Source: an uncultured Chloroflexia bacterium (GTDB lineage Bacteria > Chloroflexota > Anaerolineae > JAAYZQ01). Taken from it: a stretch of 64,000 bases of DNA. The DNA is taken from positions 96,001-160,000 of the forward strand of contig CAVOXA010000022.1 in assembly GCA_963700285.1 (NCBI GenBank), given 5' to 3'. The position numbers and the translations under genes are program-made. Of this stretch, positions 11,250 through 22,664 are shown piece after piece; position 1 is the first letter of the stretch; the number at the start of each line of letters is the position of its first letter. A model generated the notes under the pieces. It did not search any database. It saw only the letters and a program-made list of their open reading frames with translations, and was not told the DNA's origin.

Positions 11250-11465
11250 GGTAGGGCCTCTTGTGGCCAGACGGCGGGCGCGGCTCGAGACCATATTCTG
11301 GTGGCCGATGGACCACTTGACCTGGGACAAAATAGGACAAGTGGCCAATGGGATATCCCCCACCTGGCCGATGCGCTGCGCACAGCCATGCGGTATACTG
11401 GGAGCAACGGTAACCTGGAACGCGCCGATATTCTCTGGCGACGTGTTGCGAACAGGAGGTGCGGT

Positions 11466-11711
11466 ATGTTTGGCGCTGATCCCTATCTGGCAGAACGATC
11501 GATGGAACTGAACGTGCGTGCAGCCCGGGACGAGGCGCAGAGGCTCGGCACCTCGCCCCTTTCCCCCTCAGCCCGCAGGCTGGCCTGCCGCCTGAGTTTG
11601 CTGATGGTTCAGGTAGGCGGGCGGCTGGTACGAGCTGGCCTGCCACCCCATCAGGCAGGTACAAAGGGCAACGCCGGGCAGAGCGCTTCGCACGGAGGGG
11701 CGCCGGCCTGA
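11466..11711 (+). CDS. Small hypothetical protein
   Basis: AGGAGGT RBS; MFGADPYLAERSMELNVR...RLSLLMVQVGGRL. Confidence 0.6.
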   Translation: MFGADPYLAERSMELNVRAARDEAQRLGTSPLSPSARRLACRLSLLMVQVGGRLVRAGLPPHQAGTKGNAGQSASHGGAPA

Positions 11712-11821
11712 TCTGGTTCCTGGCGCGAAACGGCGCCTGGCCCCGTTCCCGGGGGCCTGAGCTTTGCCGGAAATGGGAGCTCGGGCCGAGAGCCGTACCG
11801 AAGAGAGGAGGACTGTTATGC

Positions 11822-12036
11822 ATGGCGCATATTCCTGATCTGGCTGAGCGAGAGATGAAACTGCGTGTGGCTGCGGAACTGACCGGGCCCAGGCCCGGGG
11901 CCTGCTCAAACCCGCCGTTTACAGGCGGCGGGAGACGCTGGCCCAGCGCGGACAGTGGCTGCTGTGCCAGTTGGGCTACCACCTGGTCGCCCTGGGCGCG
12001 CGGCTGGAGGCCTATTCGCTGGCGCAGGAGGGTTGA
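11822..12036 (+). CDS. Small hypothetical protein, paralog of upstream gene (frameshifted)
   Basis: GAGGAGG RBS; MAHIPDLAEREMKLRV ... LCQLGYHLVALGARLEAYSLAQEG-stop. Confidence 0.5.
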
Positions 12037-12212
12037 GGCGGAGCCGGGGCGGAGAGGGCAGCGCGCCCGTCCGGGCGGCACGTCCGGCTCCCGGGATTCG
12101 ACAACCTGCTGGTGGCCTTTTGTTGCCACCGGACAGGTACCGTGGCCGCTGATGTGCTATCCTATCGAAGGGAGCGCCAGAACCGAATTCCATCGAGGAG
12201 CACGGAGCAGCC

Positions 12213-13187
12213 ATGGAGGAAAAGTCACACAACTGGAGCATTTGGATCATTGCGGCCGCGGTCCTGGGCGTCACCGGCCTCTGCTGTGCGCTGCTGGCCG
12301 TCGCGGTGGCCGCAGGCCTGCTGTGGGCAAGCCCGGCGGGGCGGATGGAGATGGGCGCGGGTGACGGCCAGCGCTCGTGGCAGCGCTACGAGGTGGGCGA
12401 ATCGCCCGTCCTGACCCTCGATAATTTTTCCGGCAGTGTCAGCGTCCACGCCGGCGAGGAGGCGGGATCGAAATCGTGGCCCGCAAGCAGGCGCGGCGCG
12501 AGGGTGACCTGGAAAGGATTACGAGTCGACATAACCAGAACCCGTGATGGCCTGGCCGTCAAGACCGCGAAGCCGCCCGGCGTGGGCAACGCCGCGGTCG
12601 ACTTATAGATCACAGCGCCCGCCGGCACGAGGCTGGATGCGCGCACCGGCTCGGGCAGCGTGCGGGTTGACGGCCTCCGCGGTGGGGTCAAGGCCCACAG
12701 CGGGTCTGGGAGCCTGGTGGTCGCCGGGGCGCTGGGTGGCGTCGAGGCGTTTACCGGCTCGGGCCGCATCGAGGTCCGGGGCGCGGGTGGAGGCACAAGG
12801 GTCGACAGCGGCTCGGGAAGCCTGCTGATCCATGACGTCGAGGGCGAGCTCCAGGCCCACACCGGTTCGGGCAGCATCGAGGCGCTTGGGGCCAGGGGCC
12901 CTGTCCGCCTGGACACTGGCAGTGGCAGCGTTCATTATGCGGGCTCGCCCCAGGGTGACAGTCGCTTCCAGAGCGGCAGCGGCGGCATCACCCTGGTCCT
13001 GCCGGCCGATTTAGACATGGCGCTTGATCTCCACACCGGCTCGGGGCGGGTTGAGGTCAGCCCCGGGCTTGGCGGGCAGATCACGGCCAGCAAGGGTGAG
13101 GTCAAGGGGGTCGTTGGCAGCGGGGAGGATGGTACTGTCTGGGCCAGAACCGGTTCGGGCAATGTACGAGTACAGGTAGCGCGCTAG
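12213..13187 (+). CDS. DUF4097 beta-strand repeat (adhesin-like) membrane-anchored protein (frameshifts)
   Basis: N-terminal TM then repeated T-G-S-G-S-I/V units. Confidence 0.8.
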
Positions 13188-13713
13188 AGCCTCAGATCAG
13201 GACAGGCAGTCCTACCGACGTACGACTACTCTTGCTAGAGAAGAACAATTGCCGAACTGGTGGCTCAGTTGGTGTGGCCAAGGGCTGCCAGTCCTGGCTG
13301 CATGTGGCTGAGGACTGCGTTCAAGTTGGGAAAAGTTCGAATTTGTCCCGGAAGGCCATATCCTTTTTGCGCTTGTGACGGTATGTATGATAAGTGCGAG
13401 ACCTTTACAGGGATGCCTTTTGAACCGGGACATGCAACCTGGGGAGGTGCACAGAAATTTAACATATTTCGATGTAACTTTTGGTGATCGAGCGGGTTAG
13501 AAGTAGTAGGAAGTCCGGCGCTGTCCCTGGCGTCTCTTCCTACGGCCCAAAGGCTCCACCTTTCGCGGAGCTTGGGTGGACCGGCGACGACCGTCTACCT
13601 GAGCCCAGGGTCTGGCCCAAGACCTGGGGGGTGAGGCAGGAGTACTTTGTACGACCCGCACGGGGTGCCCCGACCTCGCGCAGCGTGGGGGCGTCAAAGT
13701 GGAGGAGTGGAAG

Positions 13714-14001
13714 ATGAGTGCAATGGAGAACGTGAGTGTCTCCGGGGTCATCCTGCTTATGCACGGCTTGGTGACCTATGGTCCAGGGGATCTGGACATT
13801 GCCTGTGCCATGTCTGGCAAAGGCTATGACGCCGTCAAGTGGGCTGAGGGCCAGGGCATGCTCGCCGAGCTGGTGAGCTGCGACCTGCCCGAGGCAACGA
13901 CCGTGACCGCTGCGGCCGCCTGGTACGACGAGGCGGCCAGCGCGGCAAAACAGGCGCTGGCCTCGGAGCCTGTGTTGCTGGCCAAACTTGGCTTGGTGTA
14001 G
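13714..14001 (+). CDS. Small hypothetical protein
   Basis: GGAGGAG RBS before ATG at 13714; flanked by stem-loops. Confidence 0.5.
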   Translation: MSAMENVSVSGVILLMHGLVTYGPGDLDIACAMSGKGYDAVKWAEGQGMLAELVSCDLPEATTVTAAAAWYDEAASAAKQALASEPVLLAKLGLV

Positions 14002-14149
14002 GCAGATCGACCTGGCGTTCGAGTATCAATAGAAGAATACCGGCATCGCCTGCTTTTGATCCCTGGAGTGGATCGGTTGCGGTGCTTTGGACCGTGGAAT
14101 CACGCGAGACCCCGGACGGCTGGCGGCGCCGGGGTTTTTCTATTCCTGG

Positions 14150-14704
14150 GGTCCAGAGGCGCGCTGAAGCGCGCACTACGAACGGGGCTCTACTGGGCCG
14201 GCGGATCGTCAAAATTCGTAAGAGATCCAGAGGCGCGCTGAAGCGCGCACTACGAACGGGGCTCTACTGGCCGGCGGATCGTCAAAATTCGTAGGAGGTC
14301 CAGAGGCGCGCTGAAGCGCGCACTACGAACGGGGCTCTACTGGGCCGGCGGATCGTCAAAATTCGTAAGAGGTCCAGAGGCGCGCTGAAGCGCGCACTAC
14401 GAACGGGGCTCTACTGGGCCGGCGGATCGTCAAAATTCGTAAGAGGTCCAGAGGCGCGCTGAAGCGCGCACTACGAACGGGGCTCTACTGGGCCGGCGGA
14501 TCGTCAAAATTCGTAGGAGGTCCAGAGGCGCGCTGAAGCGCGCACTACGAACGGGGCTCTACTGGGCCGGCGGATCGTCAAAATTCATAAGAGGTCCAGA
14601 GGCGCGCTGAAGCGCGCACTACGAACGGGGCTCTACTGGGCCGGCGGATCGTCAAAATTCATAAGAGGTCCAGAGGCGCGCTGAAGCGCGCACTACGAAC
14701 GGGG
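14150..14704. repeat. Tandem array of a 74-bp REP-containing unit (7 full copies plus 1 partial)
   Basis: Units start at 14150, 14224, 14297, 14371, 14445, 14519, 14593, 14667; each has a GCGCGCTGAAGCGCGC hairpin plus ACTAC (GTAG on minus strand). Confidence 0.95.
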
Positions 14705-14797
14705 AGTAGCTGTACGTTTGCTGTGCTTGGCGGTGGGTGGTATACTGCGGCAGTTCGTTCCCGAATTGGAAAAAACGACCGGGCCGATGGGGTCTCT

Positions 14798-16036
14798 ATG
14801 GAATATTTCCAAAAGCTGCGCCTGTTCAACCGCGACGTACGCCTCTTTCTACTCATGGCAGCGCTGGTGGCTTTTGCCTGGGATGGCATGCGCATTGTGC
14901 TGCTCAACCTCTACCTGCTGCGCCTGGGCTATGGGCCCGAGTTCATCGGTCTGATCACTGGAGCGGGGGCGCTGGCTTTTGCCCTTCTGTGCCCGGTGGC
15001 CGGCGCTTTGGGCACCCGGATGAGCAGCCGGCGCATGATTATCGCCGGAGTGGCCCTGATCGGCGCGGGTTTTGCGCTCCTGCCCATGGTCGAGTTCTTG
15101 CCAGAGTCGTGGTGGACAAGCTGGTTGCTGGTGACTACGACCATCACTTTTCTGGGCTTGGCCCTCTATTTTGTCAATGGCATGCCTTTTATGATGGGCG
15201 CCACCGGCCCGGAAGAGCGGAACTATGCCTTTTCCGCGCACGTGGCGCTGCTGCCGCTGGCAGGTTTCTTTGGGAGCCTGGTGGCTGGCATCCTGCCAGG
15301 CCTGATCGCGGGCTGGCTGGGCCTCACGCTGCAGCATCCGCTGGCCTACCGCATCCCGCTGTGGCTGGCCACTTTTGTGCTGGTCCCGGCCCTGCTGGCC
15401 ATGGCGCCTACCCGCGAGGTCAGGCCCCAGGGTGCCCAGGCGCCGGCCACGGATGCGGGCCCCGCACCGGTCGCCCTGTTCCTGGCCATCGCCATGGCCA
15501 TGGCCCTGCGCTTTGGGGGCCGGGGTTCGGTGATGGCCTTTTTCAACGTCTACCTGGACGACGCGCTGGGTGTTTCCACGATCTTGATCGGCACATTGTC
15601 CGCGGTGGGGCAGTTGATCTCGGTGCCGGCGGCACTCCTGACCCCTCTGGTTGCGGCCCGATGGGGCAACGCCCGGACCTATACCCTGACCACCCTGGCC
15701 ACCGCGGCCCTGATGCTGCCGCTGGCGCTGGTGCCAACCATGGCCGCGGCCAGCATGAGCTATGTGACTTCGATGTTCATGTACTCCATGTCGGTTGGCC
15801 CCATCCGCGTCTTTAGCCAGGAGCTGGTGCGGCCCCACTGGCGGGCGGCCATGGCCGCGGCCTTTATGGGTGGTTCGGGACTGACCTACGCGGCGGTGGC
15901 CTATACCGGAGGGCACATGATTGCCGAGTGGGGCTATCAGGCCCTGTTCCTGCTGGGTGTGCTGTTGGTGGCCGCGGGCGCGGTCTATTACTGGGCCTAC
16001 TTTCGGGTGCCGCGGGGGGAGATGGACGATAGATAA
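14798..16036 (+). CDS. MFS transporter
   Basis: About 12 TM segments; G-x-L-G-T-R-M-S-S-R-R and A-A-R-W-G motif-A-like loops. Confidence 0.88.
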   Translation: MEYFQKLRLFNRDVRLFLLMAALVAFAWDGMRIVLLNLYLLRLGYGPEFIGLITGAGALAFALLCPVAGALGTRMSSRRMIIAGVALIGAGFALLPMVEFLPESWWTSWLLVTTTITFLGLALYFVNGMPFMMGATGPEERNYAFSAHVALLPLAGFFGSLVAGILPGLIAGWLGLTLQHPLAYRIPLWLATFVLVPALLAMAPTREVRPQGAQAPATDAGPAPVALFLAIAMAMALRFGGRGSVMAFFNVYLDDALGVSTILIGTLSAVGQLISVPAALLTPLVAARWGNARTYTLTTLATAALMLPLALVPTMAAASMSYVTSMFMYSMSVGPIRVFSQELVRPHWRAAMAAAFMGGSGLTYAAVAYTGGHMIAEWGYQALFLLGVLLVAAGAVYYWAYFRVPRGEMDDR

Positions 16037-16118
16037 AGGTTGCTAACTTGGCTGTTCTGTGGACAAGATGGCATCTTTTCCTACGGGGACCTCAAGAAAG
16101 GGAGGAGAATGAGTCCAT

Positions 16119-17913
16119 TCAGCCACCCCCCAGCCCAGACGCCGCACCCCGAGCCAGCATCAGGCGGTAGGTGGCCAGCATCTCGTCGTACGGCTGCTCG
16201 AATTCGATGGTGGTGAACCAGCCTGCCGGCCGCTGGCGGACCAGATCCAGGGGCATCAGGCCGTCCCAGGAATAGGCCAGTTGGGGGAATGCGCCGCGTC
16301 CCACGGTGCGGATGGCGGTCACGCCCCGCGCCCCACATGCCGCGGCAAAGTGCAGGAAACGATCCGTCAGCCCTTCGCCCTCCTGCCCGACGGCCACACT
16401 CAGCGATTGCAGGTTGGCGGCCGGCAGCAGCCGCAGGTAGTCGGTTCGGGCACCTCCATCAGGTCCGCCACCGGCCGGACGACGATCACGCGCCCCTCGC
16501 AGTCGTTGACCCACGCTGGAAACCGGCCGCATCCAGGGGCCGTGCATCGACGATGCACCACGAACTCGTCGTCATAGGTCGGACAGGACGTGCACCTGTC
16601 CCGTCTGTTCCAGCAGCCTTGTAGCGGTCGAAACGGTCGTGGAGTCCGCGGCGCGGCCAGGCCCCTCGGGGCAGAAAGACGGCCAGCAGCGCCAAGCTGA
16701 TCAACCAGGCGCCGGCATAGTCCAGCGAGGCTGTGAGCTGCCCGATGAGCTCTTGCCGCCGGTCTCGACAAAGTGGATACGCGACGAGAGGCAGCCGTGC
16801 TGGTCCCAAAAGACCGAATCGAGCGCGGCCAGCAGGGCCACGACGTCGAGCAGGGGCGGGCCCTCCGGCTTCGATGAGCGCAGTCCCGGCGCCAGCATCT
16901 CGCGCCCGATGGCCGAAAAGCTGACCTTGTGGCCGTGGGCGTGAAAGCGCACCGGGCCCGGGCGGGCCGCGCTGCCGGATGGCGGCCATCCCTTGTATGG
17001 CTTGTCGATCTGGGCGATGGTCTCGTCGCTGGCGGCGGCGATGACCAGGTCGGCCTGGGCCAGCAGCTGGGGGGCTGGCAGCTGCTCCTGGACCGCCGCA
17101 TCCTCGTAGTCCCAGATCAGCACGGCGATGGTGGACACCAGGTCGGGGTCCACGGCCTCCAGGGCGCCCAGGACCAGCGGCGCAAAGATCGGCTCGCGGC
17201 GCGAGTTCCTGACCACCACCACCGGCGGGGGCCGCCGGCCAGGGTGGTGGCCTGGGCCAGGAAGGCGATCAAGCAGGGCGGTACCCGGCACGTTGCCGGC
17301 CCCATAGCCCACCACCAGGTCCAGGGGCGATGGCGGGCCAAACAAGGGGCGGCCGCCACCGGGCAGGCGCGCCTGCAGGCGAGAGAACGCTGGCCGCGCC
17401 AAAGAAGCGCAGGCGACCGGACAGGCCCTCCCCGCCAGTGCTCGATGCCAGGTCGCCACCAGCGGCTGCCAGTCGGTGGCGACGCCTCAGGGTTGGAGAC
17501 AGTTGGAAAGCGGCGGGGAACTGGTCCAGGGCCCACATGTCCAGCGCGCCCAGGGTCAGGCGGATCATCGCCTCGGAGTAGCCGGTGTAGCCGGGCAGGG
17601 CGGCCAGCGCCAGGGTGCGCAGCGGGTCGGCCGGATCGGCAAAGCGCCGGCCCACCAGGCTCCAGGGCCGCCGGAAGCGCTCCCAGTAGGCCTGTCCCCG
17701 CGGGGCTCGCTGCCGGTTCGTGCCAGTAGAGCGGCCAGCAGCTGATCCCACTGCTCCGGGCTGAGCACAGGCCAGCGAGCGGTGACGCGCCGTCGTCGCC
17801 CGGCTCGCAGGGGCGTCCGCGGGCAAAGGACAGGGTCGCGTACTCGGTGTCCGGGCGACAGCACCTGCTCCCGCACGCTTCTGGGGCAGCCAGAAACCGT
17901 CTATGGGCTCCAT
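16119..17913 (-). CDS. luxC: Acyl-CoA reductase, LuxC-like (multiple frameshifts)
   Basis: YGAGNVPG, VRNSRREP, ADLVIAAASDETI, FHAHGHKVSF, DSVFWDQHGCLSSR and SWDGLMPL fragments. Confidence 0.7.
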
Positions 17914-17928
17914 CAACCGATCTCCATT

Positions 17929-19382
17929 CTATACCTGCGCCGCGCAGCCGGCTTCGTCCAGCAGGTCGACCCGCTGGATCGACTCCCGGACGATGTAGGC
18001 CCCCATCTCGCCGCAGGGGCAGCGGAGGTCTTTGCCGGAGGCCGTAGCCTGGCGCCCGTCTCCCTGGATCAATCGGACCTGGTCGCGGTCCTGAAAAAGG
18101 CCGGGAACAGCCGCCCGCCGCCGTAGGGGTCAAAGAAGGCCAGCAGCCCGTGGCGTCCGGGGTCTTCCTGGAAGCGGTCGTCCTCGTCCAGGGTCCGGGC
18201 ATAGATCCAGGGCGGGACGTGATAGTTGCCCTGCTGAGCACTGCATCGCCGCCCAGTTCCCCTCGGCCATGCCATAGCACGTCGCGGATGGGGATCTGGC
18301 TGCGGTGGCCCGTCGCCGTCCGCTATCTGCACCACGCGGGCCAGGTCGGCGCGGATCTGGGCCGGGCGTAAAGGGGTACAGTTCCTTGAGGCCGCCGCCC
18401 GTGCCCAGGAGGCTGCCGGGAGCCAGGCGCAGGATCGGCCCCGCTTCCTGGAGCGTCCTGGGCAATGGCGTGCAGTTGCACCCAGCCGCCAAAGAGGAGC
18501 ACCTTTTCGCCGGCCGCCTCGGCCTTGTTCCAGCAGTTCGATCGGTCGTCTGGACCGCACGCGGGGTCACATAGTGGTTCTGCATCCAGTTCATAAAGGG
18601 ATACCAGAACCGTCGCTCCACGATCCCTGCTCCAGCCAGGGCGGAAGGTACGCCCGGCGCGGATGCGGACCCGGTCCGGCTCGGCGGGAAAGGGGATGGT
18701 CAAAGTGGATGTGATCGTCGGCCAGGCCCAGGCGTCTGACGCTAAAGCTGGCCATGCGGGCCATGGCGATGCGCGTCTGGCGGGGCATGACAAAGATGGC
18801 GCGGTCGACGGACTCGAGCATGCCCAGGTAGCGCCGAAAGGCCAGGTAAAAGCTCTCCACGGTGAGTGTCCGTGCCGGCCTGGTCGCGGACCATGATGGT
18901 GGCCCGACCGGAGGTACCGCTGGAGGTGGATGCTCGCCAGGCCGAGATCGGCATAGATCGCTTCGATGTCCTGCAACAGCGTCTCCAGGGAGCGGTAGCG
19001 GGGCCGAAGGCGGCAAATCGCTCGCGGGGCAGGTCGACGGACAGTTGGTCGGCCAGCCAGTCGAGAAAGGCATGGGGTCGGTCCTGGGGAAAGGGCGTGC
19101 CCAGGATGTCGATGTAGGATTTGAAGGTCTGGGCCGTGGGCCGGACCAGCCGCGAGGGCAGGTCGGCCAGCTCTCCGGGGAGGGTTCCGTTGTGCCGGCG
19201 GTGAGGGGCAGGGTTTCGCCCACGCCGCGAGCGGCCACCGTCTGCCGGTAGGCGCGGTTGCGCGGCGTAGTGCCAGGCATGGCTGCGGCGATGGCCTCCA
19301 GCAGAAGGGCCTCCCGCTGGGCGGGAGCGATGGCCCAGAAGCTGGCCAGTTGGTGGTCGAGTACGGGGTTGTCGTCCGTCAT
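17929..19382 (-). CDS. luxE: Acyl-protein synthetase, LuxE-like (multiple frameshifts)
   Basis: HAWHY..NRAYR, FKS, TSSGTSG, GTGGGLKE, YGMAE, HVPPW, GLLAFFDP and C-terminal AGCA fragments. Confidence 0.72.
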
Positions 19383-19548
19383 GATGTGTTGTACCCTCGC
19401 CAAGGATGAGCAGGGTGGGCGGCAGGTCGCCGTGGATATGATTATGAGGCGATGCCCGGTTGAGGTTTGCCGGCCAGCCCATTGCCGAGTCCGATGGTCT
19501 TTTGTTTGCTGGGGATTATAACACCGGGGTGGGGAAATGGCAAACGGC

Positions 19549-21090
19549 CTATCTTGCCTCTTGAATCGACACGTGGTCAATGTGCAGGCCTGTCCAGTTC
19601 AAGTCTACGGCCGGGTTGCTCGGATCCTGTACGATGGGATTGCCGAACCACAGGGCGCTGGGCCGCACGTTGGTGGGCGGCGACTGGTACACCTGTTGGC
19701 CGTCTATCCAGACCTGATAGGCGCCGCCCGTGTAGCGGAGCTGGCCGTTGTGCTGGCCCTCGTCGGTCCCACCGTGCTGGTAAATCAAGTGCTCCGGCAG
19801 CGCCGGACCCCCGTACATCGCCGCCAGGCCCAGGCCCTTGTCCTGCCAGATGGCAAAGAGGACGGCGCCGGGCTCGTTTTTGGGGTCGTTGGCGGTACCA
19901 TTGGCCGGCAGCCTGCCGCCCACGACGATGCCGGTGCCGGACCAGGTGGGCTGGCTGTAGGAGAAGCCAAAGCGGACGGTAAAATCACCCTGCTGGGGAA
20001 AGGGATTGCCCCGGGCGTGGACGTAGGGAAACTGGGTGCTGCCTGGCGACGTGGTCAGGTGCAGCTTGCCGTTGCCCGTTCGCACCGTGCCGCCATTGGG
20101 GTACGCTTGCCAGACTGCACTGTTCAGGCTGGAACCATTGAACTGATCGTCCAGGTAGACGTGGGGCGCCGGGATGGGGGTATCGGTCGGAGGGGCCGTC
20201 GGCGGCCGGGGCGTGTCGGTCGGGATGGCCGTTGGCGCCGGCGGGGTATCGGCCGGCACGGTCGTCGGTGGTTGGGGTGTGTCCGCCCTCGGCAGCGGTG
20301 TGTCGGGCGCCGGCTCCAGCGTGTTCGTTGCCCGCACTGTCGCTGGTGATGCCGGGGAGGCGGCCGGTGGCAGGGTCGCATCGGTTGGGCTTGACAGAGT
20401 TGTCGCCTGGGGCGTCTCAGGCGGAAACGGCGTATCGATGGCCTGGGTTGGCAGCGGTGCGGGTTCCGTCGCCAGAGCGATCAGGCTTGGTTCAGGAGTG
20501 GCTGTCTGCCTGCCGCCATCCCCTCCGCCCAGGGCCGCCAGCAGGCCGGCCACGGTCACGAACAGGACGATGACGGCCGCGGCCAGCAGTGGCCAGAAGA
20601 GAGGGGGCAGGCCGCTGCGTTTCTCAGGGGAACCAGGTGCGGTTGGTCTGGTGCCAGGTGGGACGAGCACGGTCTCGGACATGGGCGGTGGTGTGGCTGG
20701 CCCTGCCACCTGTACCTGCTGGAGCAGCGCGGCTCGAAGTTGGTCCGCGCCGCCAAAGCGGTCCTCCCGGCGTTTGGCCAATGCCTTCATCACGATGGCA
20801 TCCAGCCAGGGCGGCACGCCTGGGTTGAGGGTACTGGGCGGCTGGGGCTGCAGGTTGTAGATGCGGTAGACATTGTCCGCCTGGGCCCGGGGGGTATCCT
20901 GCTGGTCAAAGTTCAGGTAGGTCTGGCCCGTGAGCGCCCGGTACAGTACCGCGCCCAGGGCATAGACGTCCACCCGGGGGTCATCGCGGACGCCCTCGGT
21001 CTGCTCCGGAGACATGTAGGGCAGTGTGCCGGCCACGAAGCCAGCCGGCGTCGCCCAGCTACGGCTCAGCATCTGGTCCGAGACGTGAGG
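19549..21090 (-). pseudogene. 5'-truncated membrane Ser/Thr kinase paralog (C-lobe, TM, Pro/Thr linker, lectin-like ectodomain)
   Basis: Similarity to kinase 23474-25166 begins at HVS immediately after where DFGIA would be; GTLPYMSPEQ and DVYALG present, N-lobe/HxD/DFG absent; frame otherwise intact. Confidence 0.7.
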
Positions 21091-21106
21091 GGACCCTATG
21101 CTGGAT

Positions 21107-21135
21107 ATCATACCATCGACTGTACAGGACGTCAA
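21107..21135 (-). promoter_or_regulatory. Sigma70-type promoter facing the truncated kinase
   Basis: Minus strand TTGACG, 17 bp spacer, TATGAT. Confidence 0.6.
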
Positions 21136-21213
21136 TTGGTTCCGGGTCCGGCAGGCTGGTCTGATTTCAGCGCATGTCGCACTTCCGGATGCGGTCCCCG
21201 GTCGGTGTCAAGC

Positions 21214-22651
21214 GCGCAGGCATAAATCTCCCGCGCTACGGAGCGACGCCCCGCGAACGGGGCCACCTGATACTGGTCGCCAGTACCCTGAAGCCCGATT
21301 CATCGGGCGTTGCTGCGTAGGCCGGACACTTTATGTCCGGCCGGTCTGTGACCAGCGCGTGTTTGCTCAATGGGGGGAGGCTGGCCGCAGAGTAGACCGC
21401 GCGGGCATGAATTGCCCGCGCTACGTAGCGACGCCCCGTGAACGGGGCTTTCGGAATCCCGTGAGCGGCATCGCCAAGCCCGATTCATCGGGCGTTGCTG
21501 CGTAGGCCGGCCGGTCTGTGACCAGCGCGTGTTTGCTCAATGGAGGGAGGCTGGCCGCAGAGTAGACCGCGCGGGCATGAATTGCCCGCGCTACGTAGCG
21601 ACGCCCCGTGAACGGGGCTTTCGGAATCCCGTGAGCGGCATCGCCAAGCCCGATTCATCGGGCGTTGCTGCGTAGGCCGGACACTTTATGTCCGGCCGGT
21701 CTGGGGCCAGCGCGTGTTTGCTCAATGGGGGGAGGCTGGCCGCAGAGTAGACCGCGCGGGCATGAATTGCCCGCGCTACGTAGCGACGCCCCGTGAACGG
21801 GGCTTTCGGAATCCCGTGAGCGGCATCGCCAAGCCCGATTCATCGGGCGTTGCTGCGTAGGCCGGACGCTTTATGTCCGGCCGGTCTGTGACCAGCGCGT
21901 GTTTGCTCAATGGGGGGAGGCTGGCCGCAGAGTAGACCGCGCGGGCATGAATTGCCCGCGCTACGTAGCGACGCCCCGTGAACGGGGCTTTCGGAATCCC
22001 GTGAGCGGCATCGCCAAGCCCGATTCATCGGGCGTTGCTGCGTAGGCCGGCCGGTCTGTGACCAGCGCGTGTTTGCTCAATGGGGGGAGGCTGGCCGCAG
22101 AGTAGACCGCGCGGGCATGAATTGCCCGCGCTACGTAGCGACGCCCCGTGAACGGGGCTTTCGGAATCCCGTGAGCGGCATCGCCAAGCCCGATTCATCG
22201 GGCGTTGCTGCGTAGGCCGGACACTTTATGTCCGGCCGGTCTGGGGCCAGCGCGTGTTTGCTCAATGGGGGGAGGCTGGCCGCAGAGTAGACCGCGCGGG
22301 CATGAATTGCCCGCGCTACGTAGCGACGCCCCGTGAACGGGGCTTTCGGAATCCCGTGAGCGGCATCGCCAAGCCCGATTCATCGGGCGTTGCTGCGTAG
22401 GCCGGACACTTTATGTCCGGCCGGTCTGTGACCAGCGCGTGTTTGCTCAATGGGGGGAGGCTGGCCGCAGAGTAGACCGCGCGGGCATGAATTGCCCGCG
22501 CTACGTAGCGACGCCCCGTGAACGGGGCTTTCGGAATCCCGTGAGCGGCATCGCCAAGCCCGATTCATCGGGCGTTGCTGCGTAGGCCGGACACTTTATG
22601 TCCGGCCGGTCTGGGACCAGCGCGTGTTTGCTCAATGGGGGGAGGCTGGCC
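21214..22651. repeat. Tandem REP/BIME-like array of 185/170-bp units (about 8 copies)
   Basis: CGATTCATCG at 21296, 21481, 21651, 21836, 22021, 22191, 22376, 22561; each unit has GTAG-flanked hairpins. Confidence 0.95.
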
Positions 22652-22664
22652 GGCGAGCAGTTCC

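Noticed and set aside
14150-14704. Possible CRISPR array
   Set aside because: Units are near-identical end to end with no unique spacers, and no cas genes are present
21214-22651. Possible CRISPR or guide array, and repeated 62-aa ORFs
   Set aside because: No variable spacers; the ORFs are translations of the palindromic repeat with no RBS
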